A DNA stretch of 47,899 nt, the filler included, from Stramenopiles sp. TOSAG23-2 (Eukaryota), in NCBI GenBank assembly GCA_900128395.1. It is 2 parts of 2 records of this genome, joined end to end, with 100 filler letters (N's around TTAATTAATTAA, not from the genome) between each part and the next. Parts side by side here need not be neighbours in the genome. Positions count along the whole stretch, not along the records: positions 1 to 23,916 come from LT649476.1; 1 more part is not named here. One strand, 5' to 3'. Under the pieces are notes generated by a model. That model ran no database searches. It was not told the DNA's origin and saw only the letters and a program-made list of their open reading frames with translations. The translations under genes were made by a program, and so were the position numbers. Of this stretch, positions 1 to 11,384 are shown piece after piece (the first letter of the stretch is position 1; every line of letters begins with the position of its first letter).

Positions 1-54
1 ACTGGATTCAGACCTACTTGTGCTTATGGAGTATTAGCTTGCGGTGGCGCATGA
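1..54 (+). CDS. Possible 3' end of an unidentified gene (TGFRPTCAYGVLACGGA*)
   Basis: GC-richer open frame from base 1 to TGA at 52-54, followed by AT-rich DNA converging on the DHHC gene. Too short to identify. Confidence 0.3.
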   Translation, partial: TGFRPTCAYGVLACGGA

Positions 55-256
55 GAGCTTGCGGCGACGTCAGGAGAGCTTTATTATAGTAGGATAGCAT
101 ATTATTCTTGCGATTGAGTATTGAGCATATTACTTTAACACGAGAAGTGTAAAATTATTATAACTTTAGATTTTAACCATATTTCATATGCATATCATAA
201 ATCTTTTCATGACACCCCCCCCCCCCCCACCATATATATTACATATTACATACATT

Positions 257-1033
257 TTACAACCCAACAGCAGCAAACATTGCAGCAAATGTACTACCCA
301 TATGGATAAACAAACTAATTAAAAACCAATAGAAATATTTAATGTTTCCACTACCTATAGTCGTACCAGTCCATGGACAAAAATGATCAATGTCTTTAAT
401 TAATGTTTGCGTTTCATTACAATATTGTACACCAAAGACACGATATGCTTTTGCTTCTTCACACCATATCAAATCATCTTTATCAATATTATGTGGTCGT
501 AATGCTAATATTTCTTCATCTTCTCCTCCACCATTGTGAACATCATCATCATCATCATTACCACCACTACCTGCACCACTTTCTAAATCATCATCATCAT
601 CTATATTATTATTCCTCCTTCTTCTTCTTATTGCATCATTAGGATTGTCAACATAACGTGGTTGGATACCGGGATCACTGCAACCGGTTAAAAAAAATGC
701 ACTTAATACATTAATCAATGTTACGAAACAAAAAATCCACCATATTGCATTTAATTTAGGCAACGCATCTGCTAATATTACCCATGATATTCCAACTATT
801 AACGACGTAGTCACTAAAAACATTGGCCAACATGGACCAGCAACACATAAAAATTTAGGCAATCCATTTTTTTGCCTTTCTTTGCTTTCTGAAAATACAA
901 CTAAACGACCTATTTTACGTTTACCAAATGGTAAAGATGGTACGCAAGCGGACATTGACATTTGATTGGACATTGGATATTCCCATGGATTTATCGCCAT
1001 ACCAGCTACATTACCAGGCATAGATGATTGCAT
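257..1033 (-). CDS. DHHC-family protein S-acyltransferase, atypical DHFC variant
   Basis: Two N-terminal hydrophobic helices, SDPG motif, IDHFCPWTGTTIG..N.KYF matching DHHCPW.xxxIG..N.RYF, then a C-terminal hydrophobic helix. Confidence 0.85.
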   Translation of the reverse strand: MQSSMPGNVAGMAINPWEYPMSNQMSMSACVPSLPFGKRKIGRLVVFSESKERQKNGLPKFLCVAGPCWPMFLVTTSLIVGISWVILADALPKLNAIWWIFCFVTLINVLSAFFLTGCSDPGIQPRYVDNPNDAIRRRRRNNNIDDDDDLESGAGSGGNDDDDDVHNGGGEDEEILALRPHNIDKDDLIWCEEAKAYRVFGVQYCNETQTLIKDIDHFCPWTGTTIGSGNIKYFYWFLISLFIHMGSTFAAMFAAVGL

Positions 1034-1254
1034 CTTGTAAATAAAACGTTTTTTTTTTGAATCGTTAGATTTGTATGTCTTTCTAGCTATATTTTTCTTC
1101 GTCTCTCACTATATTATTAGTACAACAATTGATGTAATAATTTTATTTTTATTTATATAAATTTGTTTATTTATTTAATGATGTATATATTTTACTACGT
1201 AATATACAAAACCAAAAATAGATGTATATATATTGTTACTATATTTGTTTATTA

Positions 1255-1286
<32 letters not shown>

Positions 1287-1590
1287 ACTAAACAATATTA
1301 ATATATCTGTGAACTAATATTTTAATATATGTTTTTCTTATTTTCATATATATGTAATACATATATACATACACTCTTCATCCTTTGCATTTTCCTCTCT
1401 GTTCTATTAATTAATGATTTAGATTGTTGTACTAAGAAGCACCTAACTGGCTACACTTGTAACTAAATAAAAAAAAAAAAAAACCAATAGCATCTTATAG
1501 ACACAGTGGGTGTTATTTTTCAATTTGGCATTTGGCACTTGAAAGAAATAATAATGAATGTATGTAGTAAGTTATATACGCTAACGCTCC

Positions 1591-1860
1591 ACAAACACGG
1601 TGCAGGCAAGGAGACAAACACGGTGCAGGTACCTAGGTACCAAGGTAAGGAGACAAACACGGTGCACAGGATTTCACTCCACAAACACGGTGTGCAGGTT
1701 TTTTTTTTTTAAACATATTTTTTTATTTCTCTCTCTCTCTCTCTACGTCGTGTGTATTAATTCCTCTGTACTCTCTGTCAAAACAAATATGCGAACGCAT
1801 CATTTTATTTATATTTATTTAAACACGGTGCAGGATTTCACTCCACAAACACGGTGCAGG
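1591..1860. repeat. Cluster of six (AC)AAACACGGTGCAGG-like motifs with a 14-bp palindrome
   Basis: Copies start at 1591, 1614, 1653, 1681, 1821 and 1845. GGTACCTAGGTACC at 1628-1641 is a perfect palindrome. Confidence 0.85.
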
Positions 1861-1875
1861 TAAGGGGATTCTATT

Positions 1876-4134
1876 TTATTTATTCTTGTTCTTCTCATGT
1901 TCCTCTGCAATTGTATATAAACGTAAACATACCGTGATCAATGCAACTAATTCAAACAATTCAAACGTAACAGCATTTCCAAACATGAAAATAAAAATAA
2001 ATAAAAATCCTAATAAATTACTACCAAGCGTTGAAATCATTTTACTACTTATAATATCAAGCGCTAATGATGCACATGTATTTATCCAAAGGAAACGGAT
2101 GATGGTACCATTAATAAATCCACCTTGAAACAAAGATGTATTTACACCACGTTCCCAACAACCATTGATCGGTCGTAACAATGGAATGGCGATGTCAAAC
2201 CATACCCAACAGCTACATAACATTATAAAATAAGTACCAAAACGATATAAAAAATATGTTTCCGGGCCGACACTGAAACATCTTGTACCCGATGAATGAA
2301 TCCTAAACACATTGTAATCATTGTATTTCTGATTTTGAAGAAAATCTTTACCCATTTTACAATTCACACCACTACTAAAATGATCCGATACAACCATATC
2401 AGGTGCCATTTGACTTTCTGTTTGAACACCTATTGCAGAACGTAAAGTTGTTTCCCAATTTTCATATTCATCCGTAGCAATTTTACCATCATCTGGTAAA
2501 ACCCAACGATACACAATAAAACGTAATAAATTTTTCTCTTCATAAACAATTTGCATCATCCCTTCCTTTCGTTTTTCTTCCATTTCCTTACGATTTGAAT
2601 CCGTTGCGATACCAATACCATTACATAAATCTTTGAAAAATGTATTGTAAATTTCATATACAATTTCCGTTGGTTCAGATAATACAGATTGTTGATTAAA
2701 TATATCTTTCAATGTTGCAAAACGCATTTTCCATTTTGATACAAATCCAACGGATGGTTGCTCTGGATTAAACCATGAGGTTGCACTAGGTTTTTGTAAT
2801 ATCCCAGTTTTACTATGTATAAACCAACTAAAATACGTTCGTTTTATTCCATATCCAAGTAGATTAATCAAACATATTTTTGCACGTATGGTGAAAACAC
2901 AGAAACAAAGTATTAAAAAAAAGATTACATATAAAAGCCAATACCAAAAATGTGATTTTAAAGAATATCCAAATGTTACGGTACATACACTTTCACGTAA
3001 TATTGGTCCATATCCTAAATATTCAAATGATTTGATTGAAAGTTTCAAACCGGATATCCAAAACAATAATAATAAATAAACAATTTTTACTACTTGTGGT
3101 ATTGGCATAGGAAATTTAAATATTGTATAAACTGGCAATGGTCGACGATCATGATCTTGACCTTTTGCTTCATGTGTACATACATATAAAAAATCCTTCT
3201 TGTTCTTCTTACTAGTAGTAGTAGTAGTAGAAGATAATGTTGTTGCAGTATCATTTAAAATTGGACAACGAGATAATAATGCTTGATTTAATAATACAAT
3301 TTCACCATCTTGATTCATTAAATAAAATGCTTTTGATTTGTCTGTACGTTTACTTAAACCACCTGATTTCGATTTAAATGGTTTACATAAATTACGTATA
3401 CATCGATCTACTTCATTTACCATTTTGCTACCATTCTTACTATCATAATGAAATTCAATCTGTTCATTACGATTTTTTGGTGGTCCTTGCAATGTTTGAA
3501 AATTATAACCATTTCGATAACAGATATATCCTGGACCACAACGATAAGAATATTGGGGAAAACGTAAATTCAATACACGGACATCAAGCTCGTCGGCGTT
3601 GTTGACGGATGTTACACCACGTAATAAATTCATACGTTCATCATCTGGCATAGAATCTATTCTTGGTTGAAAACTTTCATGTGAACAAATGAAATATACA
3701 CCATTTGTATCTTCGGTATATTTCAATGTACGTGATAATAAATCGATATCATTCGGTTGAGTTGGGTTGCCAAATTTAGAAGCAACAATCCTCTGGAATA
3801 CACCGTTCCATCTCATCTCATCATCTTCATTTTTATCGTATACGATACCGTCCACCAAGGAAGGTAAACGACGTTCACAAAAAAAATTTAATGCCGCCAT
3901 TTCTGCATTACCTAAGGAAACATCAAGTTCATTAAGTTGTTGTATCACACGCTCAACAAGGTCTCGTTTAATTTTTATGTTATAATCTGTCGTTTCTTCT
4001 ACTGCTGCAGTAGTAGAAATAGTAGTAGTAGTACTTGTTGTTGTCGTCGTCGCTGCGATGTTTTCATCATCATGATCATCTTCTTCATCACTACTTGATT
4101 TTTTTTTACGTGGTTTGGATTTAGATCGTGGCAT
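1876..4134 (-). CDS. Hypothetical multi-pass membrane protein (~752 aa)
   Basis: Long ORF (track start 4278; MPRSKSK at 4134 looks the likelier start). Hydrophobic helices in the middle and C-terminal parts. Ends KNKNK, which fits a KxKxx ER-retrieval pattern. Confidence 0.75.
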   Translation of the reverse strand: MPRSKSKPRKKKSSSDEEDDHDDENIAATTTTTSTTTTISTTAAVEETTDYNIKIKRDLVERVIQQLNELDVSLGNAEMAALNFFCERRLPSLVDGIVYDKNEDDEMRWNGVFQRIVASKFGNPTQPNDIDLLSRTLKYTEDTNGVYFICSHESFQPRIDSMPDDERMNLLRGVTSVNNADELDVRVLNLRFPQYSYRCGPGYICYRNGYNFQTLQGPPKNRNEQIEFHYDSKNGSKMVNEVDRCIRNLCKPFKSKSGGLSKRTDKSKAFYLMNQDGEIVLLNQALLSRCPILNDTATTLSSTTTTTSKKNKKDFLYVCTHEAKGQDHDRRPLPVYTIFKFPMPIPQVVKIVYLLLLFWISGLKLSIKSFEYLGYGPILRESVCTVTFGYSLKSHFWYWLLYVIFFLILCFCVFTIRAKICLINLLGYGIKRTYFSWFIHSKTGILQKPSATSWFNPEQPSVGFVSKWKMRFATLKDIFNQQSVLSEPTEIVYEIYNTFFKDLCNGIGIATDSNRKEMEEKRKEGMMQIVYEEKNLLRFIVYRWVLPDDGKIATDEYENWETTLRSAIGVQTESQMAPDMVVSDHFSSGVNCKMGKDFLQNQKYNDYNVFRIHSSGTRCFSVGPETYFLYRFGTYFIMLCSCWVWFDIAIPLLRPINGCWERGVNTSLFQGGFINGTIIRFLWINTCASLALDIISSKMISTLGSNLLGFLFIFIFMFGNAVTFELFELVALITVCLRLYTIAEEHEKNKNK

Positions 4135-5950
4135 ATTATTATTGTTGTCTTTCGTAGTATTGGAATTTGTATAAATTGATGTTAATAAATGATTTTTTAT
4201 TTTTGTTTGTTTTTGTTTTAAAACTTTTTCTAATTCTCTTTTCTTATTCGGCGTAATATGTACTTGTATCCAGGACATATGTATCTATCTATAGTTTCAA
4301 ACTCTCTCTATGTCTATTTGTCTGCACTAATCGTCGTCATATATATATACAGACGACACTTGTTTCACTATTTTCAATAGTGTTCCACACCCTTTCATAT
4401 TGATATATAATATTTATTTTTTTTTGAGAGAAGTGGGAGAGATGTGGATAAGTTGATAGGATAAAGTTGTACTTAAAGGTAATTAGACTACAACTTGAAA
4501 AAAAAACCAAAAAATGGTAAAGAAGTTAGTTATAATAGTGATATATAGTTATATAGCTTTTACTTTCGGGTAGGTAAGAATTGGAAAAAAAATAGAACTA
4601 AATACCATTGTGATTTGTTGTGGGAAATTGATTTCTATAGCTAGGAATATCCGATTTTTAAATTTTATAGATAGCTAATACTTAAGATATCGTATGTTCG
4701 TGTACATATTGTCGATGGTAGATGGTAGATATACAATGTATATTAGTATTTAATTAGTAATCATGTGTACATAGAGTTATAGTTTGTATTATGATGTAAT
4801 TATTTTCTAGAATAATTCCATTCTGAATGGTTTGGATAAAATTGGAAATAACGTCATTTATTCAGCACTTTTATTAGATTTATTAGTTATCTTATTTTCA
4901 TTTCAAAAATTTTTGATAACACTCCTGCTGAGCTGCTGAGATTGTATGAGAGACGAGATATAGGGCATACTTCCTGTATTATATACTATGCCACGTTTAA
5001 GTACGTAATATTATAAATAATCGCCGCTGCTGTGTAAAAACAACTATTTCTATAACTTTTTTGTTTTAATCAACTTGTGCACTTGTACGAGGAAAGGTAC
5101 TTGAAAGGAAATATTACATGGGAATAGCATTAGGCATCGTTTTCTACATCCAAATCTATGCACCATATATCTTGAAGGGAATTTGAAAATTATTAGGTTT
5201 TTTTTCATCTCAAAATTTCAGCTATGGGAATTAACATGGACATAGCATTACATGTGGTGCGAGTCTGAAAAATCGTTATTTTCGATTCTCAATTTGAATC
5301 TTTTTTACCTGCTATCTCCATGCTAAATTCCCAAATACCAAATTTGACACCACACTGCCATTTGGTGAAGTGCAATATACTTCGCTTGATTGAATTTAAG
5401 GGTTTACAATATTCAAATTATACAAAATCCACACACACAGATTTCTTTAATTTATACTTAAACGGATGATAAGAATACTAAAATGTTAAAATGCAGTATG
5501 ATAGGAATATTATTCCAATACTTATACTAATACACCCGATTTCAGTATATATATATTAACCCTAACACCAACATCAAGTACAAAAAATACCTAATATATC
5601 CTATCAAATATATCAAATACTACAAATCTACTTAGTATATGAAAAGTACTATATTAAGTATAAATATGATAGGAAATGAAAAACAGAAAATGCTACACGC
5701 ACCATGACAGACAGTATTTCAATTCCCCTTAAAAATGATTTCTTCCTCAAGAACTGGTCGAACAACACACTTTACAAAAACATATATATATCGATATACT
5801 AAGCGACCTGTGGAAGAGTCGTATAGAAAGAAGGTTTGAGAATCAATTGTAGACAAGTTTGAACTTACATAAAATAGTTTATACATAATACGTAAACGTT
5901 TATATAACAACAACAAAAAAACAGACAAACACAACAAGAAAAATTTCATT

Positions 5951-8900
5951 ATGGCTACGTAAGTAAATCTATCTATCTATATATATTGAATTCTACATTT
6001 TTATTTTAATAGATTAAATATATTTTGAAATATATATATATATACATTCAAGTGTGTATGATAATTGTGAAAAAAAAACCAAGATATATTTATACATATT
6101 ATCTTATATATACGACAACATTCATCGAAACATTTACAAATCCATATCTATCCTTCTATCACAAATATAATCATACAAATATAACTAACATATATAATTT
6201 TTTATATACACACGCACACCTCATCTATCTATATACGTATTAAAAAAATTATCAAAAATTGACAACGAATTCATAAATTATGCACAACATATTATACAAC
6301 AGCAATACATTCTTTTCAGTTGATGCTGAAAATGGTGAAAATACCAATGAAAATTTATGGACGGTTAAACAACCAAAAATGCCTGCACATTTAGCTGAAC
6401 GTTCTGCTAATTTGAGGGAAAAATTCTATTCATATGATAAAGAACAACGTAATAAACAAGCATTTGAAAATCGTGAAAATAATTTAAAAGCGATACAAGG
6501 CAAAGCTAAACAATTCATTGCAAAAGCTGAAGCAGTGAAAACACGTAAAGCACAAATATTAGGTGAAAATAACCAAACAACGTTTACACAGGATGGTTCT
6601 CCATTCAAAATGCGTGGTAATTTAGCAGAGAAAGCAAGTCAAGATGTTGTAGATCATCAAAAGAGTACGTCACCAGTAAACGTTGCTTCAAACTTGGAAG
6701 CTAAATTTGCTTCGTTTGAAACCAACCGTACGGAACAAATGAACGAAAAAGTTTCCTTCGCTGCACGTGACATGGCAAAAGTTGACGGCGTTAAAAAACG
6801 CAAGGCACAATTGCAAGCGCAACAATTGTTAACGCAAGGCTTTGCCAATGAAGGCGATACGAAAGGGGAACAATCACAAGGATGGGGTTCACCAATGAAA
6901 TTACCAACACGTTTAGCAGCACGTGCAGAAGCATTACAACAACGTTTCAAATATTCACCAACAAATATGCAACAAAAAGCAGAGGCAAACCGTAAAGCAT
7001 TTTTAAATGGTATTCGTGCAAAAGCACATAAAGTATCCGAACGTCGTGAAGTTGTATTTGCAAGAAAAGCAGCAATGACGCAAGAAAATGCAGGCATGTA
7101 CACCGTATTTGCACAAGACGAAAACGATTCTGTCGTGCCAAATGCTGGATGGAACCAACGAGCAAAATTACCAGCAAATTTAAGAAAAAGATATCATACA
7201 TTGAGACGTAAATTTGCATATGATCCTGCACAACGCGTAGCAAATGCAGAAAAAAATCGTGAAGCACAATTGATGGACGTACGCATCAAAGCACGTGATT
7301 TCTCTAGCAAAGCACAACAAGCACGTGATAGGAAAGCATTGAAAGAAGGAAATGAATTTACCTTTTCCTTTAGTGCAGATCCAGATAACAACGATGCGGA
7401 GCAAGGTTGGGGTGTTCAAAATGTAAAATTGCCAAAAGCATTGAAAATGCGATGTGAAAATTTACAACAACAATTTAAAAAAGAACCATTCGCAGTACGT
7501 GATGCAGAAGCAAAAGCACGAAGAGAACAATTTTACAGTGAAATCAGTGCAAAAGCACGTACATTCAGTGGTGCACCAATGGGCGTAAATGCATATTCCA
7601 TCTCATTCAATAAAAAAGACGATGATTTCGTAGAGACGCAAACTGGTTGGACCGATTCACAAATTGTTATGCCAACTGCATTGAAAGCACGTTGCAATAA
7701 ATTAAATGCACAATTCAAACCAAAACCACATGCAGAGAGACAACAAGTAGCAGATACAAACCGCGCTCAATTCATGGCTGAACGTGTAGCAAAAGGACGC
7801 GCAGTTAGTTTCAAAGTGGATAGTGCCAAAGCAAAACGTGGAATGATGCAAGCTGCTGGATTTTTCAATGTAAATGCAACAGATGCGAACGATAACAATT
7901 CAAATGCTGGATGGGGTGTTCGCACACGTTTACCAAAACGTTTAGCACAGCGCAACAATAAATTGCAACAACAATTTAAAAAAGCACCATATGCAGAACG
8001 AGAAGCAGAAGCAAATGCAAGGCGTGAAATGTTTTACGATACAGTAGCAAATACAGCGCGTTCCACGCGCTCCAAAGGGTTAGGCAATAAAAACATGTAT
8101 TCCGTCGTCCCAGCGGATGAGGAAGAGTTTAAAATGAAACAAGCAAATGGATGGGGCAAAGCAGTCATGATGCCAAAACGTTTAAAAGAGCGTGTTGCAT
8201 TTTTAAATGCCAAATTTAACAATCGCCAACCATATGAAGTACGTAGACAACAAGCATTCTATAATCGTCAAGCGTTTAATGAACATACTAAGCAATTTGC
8301 AAACTTAAATGCTATGAAAGCAGTTAATGCAGCAGAACGTCGTAGTGAATTCGAGGACAACATGGTCATCTTTAGCAACGCACAGCCTGTAGCTATGCCA
8401 ACTAAATTAGCAGAACGAGCCAATTTCTTACAAGCCAAGTTTAAGAAAAAAAATACATACGAGGAAAGGCGTTTTAATGCCTCCATGAACCGTGGCAAAT
8501 TCAATTTGGAAAAGTCAAAAATGGCAGCATCCTTCAGCAACCGAACAAACACTGTACAAGCACAAAAAGAAGCATTTGCTGTGAACATGTCGTTGATCAA
8601 TGTGAACGGCCCAGTAGACTCCCCAGTGAAAATGCCAAAAAGGTTGCAAAAACGCGTTGTAGATTTACATGAAAAATTTTCATACGACCCATTCAAACGT
8701 GCACAGCATGTAGAGGCAAACCGCCAATCACGTTTAGCAATGATCCGCGCAAAAGCAGCACGCCAAAAGACACGTGCAGCAGCTGCAGCAGCACGCCGTG
8801 CACAAGGTGCCGGTACCGTAGTAGAAGAATCTAACGAAGTGTCAACGAATGATGTTAAATTAGAAACTGTTAAAAGTCAAAGTGTCGCAAAAACTAACAA

Positions 8901-8955
8901 TAGTGGTGAAAATGTATGTTCCAAAGTAAGAAAGAAAACATGTAACATTCAATAA
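5951..8955 (+). CDS. Helical repeat protein, ~10 stathmin/TCP11-N-like units, C-terminal CaaX (CNIQ); exons 5951-5958 and 6303-8955
   Basis: ATGGCTAC|gtaagt at 5951-5964 and cag|C at 6300-6303 splice in frame to MATNTFFSV. Repeated [ML]PxxLxxRxxxLxxxF...A..[NR]R...KA units. Ends CSKVRKKTCNIQ*. Confidence 0.85.
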
Positions 8956-9617
8956 AAATTTAATGTCCACATATATATCAAACGGTGCTTTTTAACTAAC
9001 CACGAAGTTCAAATATATCATACTCATGCTGAAATAATCACTTATACATTAGTAAATTACTAAATGTTTGTGTGCGTATTATGTGTGTTGTGTTTTGTAT
9101 TTTGATATCGACGTGTGTTTTGATTACCGAGAGATTTGATATTGTAGAACGTGCAAATTTAGTTTTATCCCATTATATATATAATATGCATTTCATAGGA
9201 ACGAGCCAAATAATAATAATAAAAAAAAGAAAAAACAGAAAGAACCAAAAAAGACATTTTGATTTATTTGATAAATATTAATATAAAAATATTGAAGCAA
9301 TTGGAGAAAAATTGTAATGAAAGTTTGTCCCAATTATATTTGAGAATCAACGATCGAGAAGAGTAAAAAATAAAATTCCCCAGCAGGATTTTAGAAGAGA
9401 AAAAAGACACTCTCTCCCGAGTGTGACGAAAAATTTAAAAAAATTTATTAAAAAAAATAATATCGTATTAAAATAAAAATATAAAAACACATTATATATA
9501 TATACGTATGATGTTTAACACTTTCTCCCTCTCCTCCTCCCTCTCCCCCCGTTTTTCGTTTTTCCATTTTTTACCTCTGTCTCTTACTTCGTAACTCATA
9601 CACAAACGTGTCTTTTT

Positions 9618-11384
9618 TTACATCTCTCTTTCATGTGGTGCTAAATATTCTAAATGTAGAAATTCAAATAATTCTTCTTCACTATTAAAATCAGGCCGTC
9701 CATTGATACCATCCGCTTGAACTATTTCGACATGTTTCGTACCACTCATTTTAATCCTTGCAATCATTTTATTATTAATTTTCCATTCAATACGATTGAC
9801 TGGATTTTTTGCTTTAAATCGATTCTTGTCAGAACTACTTGTACCTATATTATTCTTTGTTTTATTAATGTTCTTTTCCATCATCTCAGTAAATTCACCA
9901 TCAACATATGTTCGTAATGATCTTTCAAACATGGTTGTTCCTGTCCAACCAAGAATAGCAAATATCCAATGTCTCGGTGGTACAATTACAAAATCAACAC
10001 GACGATATTTACTAGTCGGCGTTTCTTTAATAACTGATAATTGTATTGAATGTTTTTCCTCTCGTGTCTCTGGTAATGAATCATGGTTAGCAAAACTACC
10101 ACTATGATTCTTCAATATTTCAATAAAATGAAAATGTTGTCTCAGTTCATTTAATAATTTATCTCCAATATCCATTACATCAAAATTACGACAAGAAATA
10201 CTTGATGATGCAGATAAACTTTCATCTAATGTAAACAATAAATCTAAATCATGTCCAAGTTTTTTACGACGACGTGTACCACCACAAATTTCCATTTTTA
10301 AATTGAATTTTTCTTTTGCTATGTTTCTAATATTTTCTGCAAATGAATGTCTCTCGTATAGACTATAATTAATTTGTAAATCGTCATAATACTTGAGTGA
10401 ATTTTCCAATGTTTCCTTCAATGTTGTTTCATTATTGATTGGACCAGTTGAATTGAATACATCATATTTTAATTCTTTAATAGTACGATAACCTAACGAA
10501 TATAAAACACTTGCATTGCTGCTACCAATATTATGAATTTTAACAAATTCTAAACATGAAGTTGCTTTTGGATTGGTTTTTAGTGCGTTTAACCTTTGAA
10601 ATGATCCACTTTCTAAAATTTGAAAAATAAAATTTTGATATGTTTTACCAATATAATTAATATTTTTCAATAGATCTATATTTTGAAATGAAATTTGCAT
10701 AGGTAAACCACGTAAGACACTTAACACACGTGGGAGCGTAAATTCTTGAATCCTTTGTTCTTGAGTTTTATAAGCTTTGGTTAATTTATAATATTCCTCA
10801 AATGCTGATATTATATGTTTATTTTTTTCTGCAGTTTCAATTGTAGTTGCAACTTTGCAACATAAAGATGGATACGAATATGTAGTAGTTGTCGTGGTGC
10901 TTGTTTTATGTCGCTTATTGTCTTTTATTGCTGTTGTTGTTGTTGGTATTGGTCTTTTATTGCTGCTGTTGTTGTTGTCATTGGTATTATTATTATTATT
11001 ATTATTATTATTACTACTACTGTTATTGTTATTATTATTATTATTCACAATTATATCATTAGATTCAAACGTTTTCTGCAATTTCAACTTTTCAAAACTT
11101 TCTTCTGTCATTGGTATTATTTTTATTTTATTACTATTTGATTCAATAAGTTGTTGGCAATTTATAGATGACAATTTCTTCATGATTGCCTCATAATTTA
11201 ATGTCGATTCAGTGAGAATTATAATCTCGTTGTATTTTTTGATTTTTTTTTCTAATTTTTTTACATTTACACTATTATCTACAATATAAGTTTTAATTGC
11301 ACGTTTCATTAAAATTTGTTGATACGTAGAAATTTTTTTATGTGTAAAATTTTTACCATAATGTAATATAAGGACTACCCTCAT
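9618..11384 (-). CDS. X-family DNA polymerase, Pol mu/TdT-type motifs
   Basis: HhH motifs (NYIGK, HNIGSSNA), CGGTRR..LGHDLD (GHDLD at 10242-10256), RRVDF, FAILGWTGTTMFERSLR (GWTG at 9939-9950), C-terminal SEEELFEFLHLEYLAPHER. Likely start MRVVL at 11384. A degenerate N-terminal BRCT is possible. Confidence 0.92.
   Translation of the reverse strand: MRVVLILHYGKNFTHKKISTYQQILMKRAIKTYIVDNSVNVKKLEKKIKKYNEIIILTESTLNYEAIMKKLSSINCQQLIESNSNKIKIIPMTEESFEKLKLQKTFESNDIIVNNNNNNNNSSSNNNNNNNNNTNDNNNSSNKRPIPTTTTAIKDNKRHKTSTTTTTTYSYPSLCCKVATTIETAEKNKHIISAFEEYYKLTKAYKTQEQRIQEFTLPRVLSVLRGLPMQISFQNIDLLKNINYIGKTYQNFIFQILESGSFQRLNALKTNPKATSCLEFVKIHNIGSSNASVLYSLGYRTIKELKYDVFNSTGPINNETTLKETLENSLKYYDDLQINYSLYERHSFAENIRNIAKEKFNLKMEICGGTRRRKKLGHDLDLLFTLDESLSASSSISCRNFDVMDIGDKLLNELRQHFHFIEILKNHSGSFANHDSLPETREEKHSIQLSVIKETPTSKYRRVDFVIVPPRHWIFAILGWTGTTMFERSLRTYVDGEFTEMMEKNINKTKNNIGTSSSDKNRFKAKNPVNRIEWKINNKMIARIKMSGTKHVEIVQADGINGRPDFNSEEELFEFLHLEYLAPHEREM

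Noticed and set aside
1591-1860. CRISPR-like array
   Set aside because: Repeats are only ~14-16 bp, spacers are short, irregular and themselves repeated, there are no cas genes, and the context is eukaryotic.
5310-5325. RFX X-box identity for the TAGCA element
   Set aside because: X-boxes are inverted GTTRCC/RGYAAC half-sites. This element is a direct repeat and lacks the GTT/AAC ends.
6426-8696. Many minus-strand ORFs opposite the repeat protein
   Set aside because: Expected antisense shadows of a higher-GC, codon-biased CDS.
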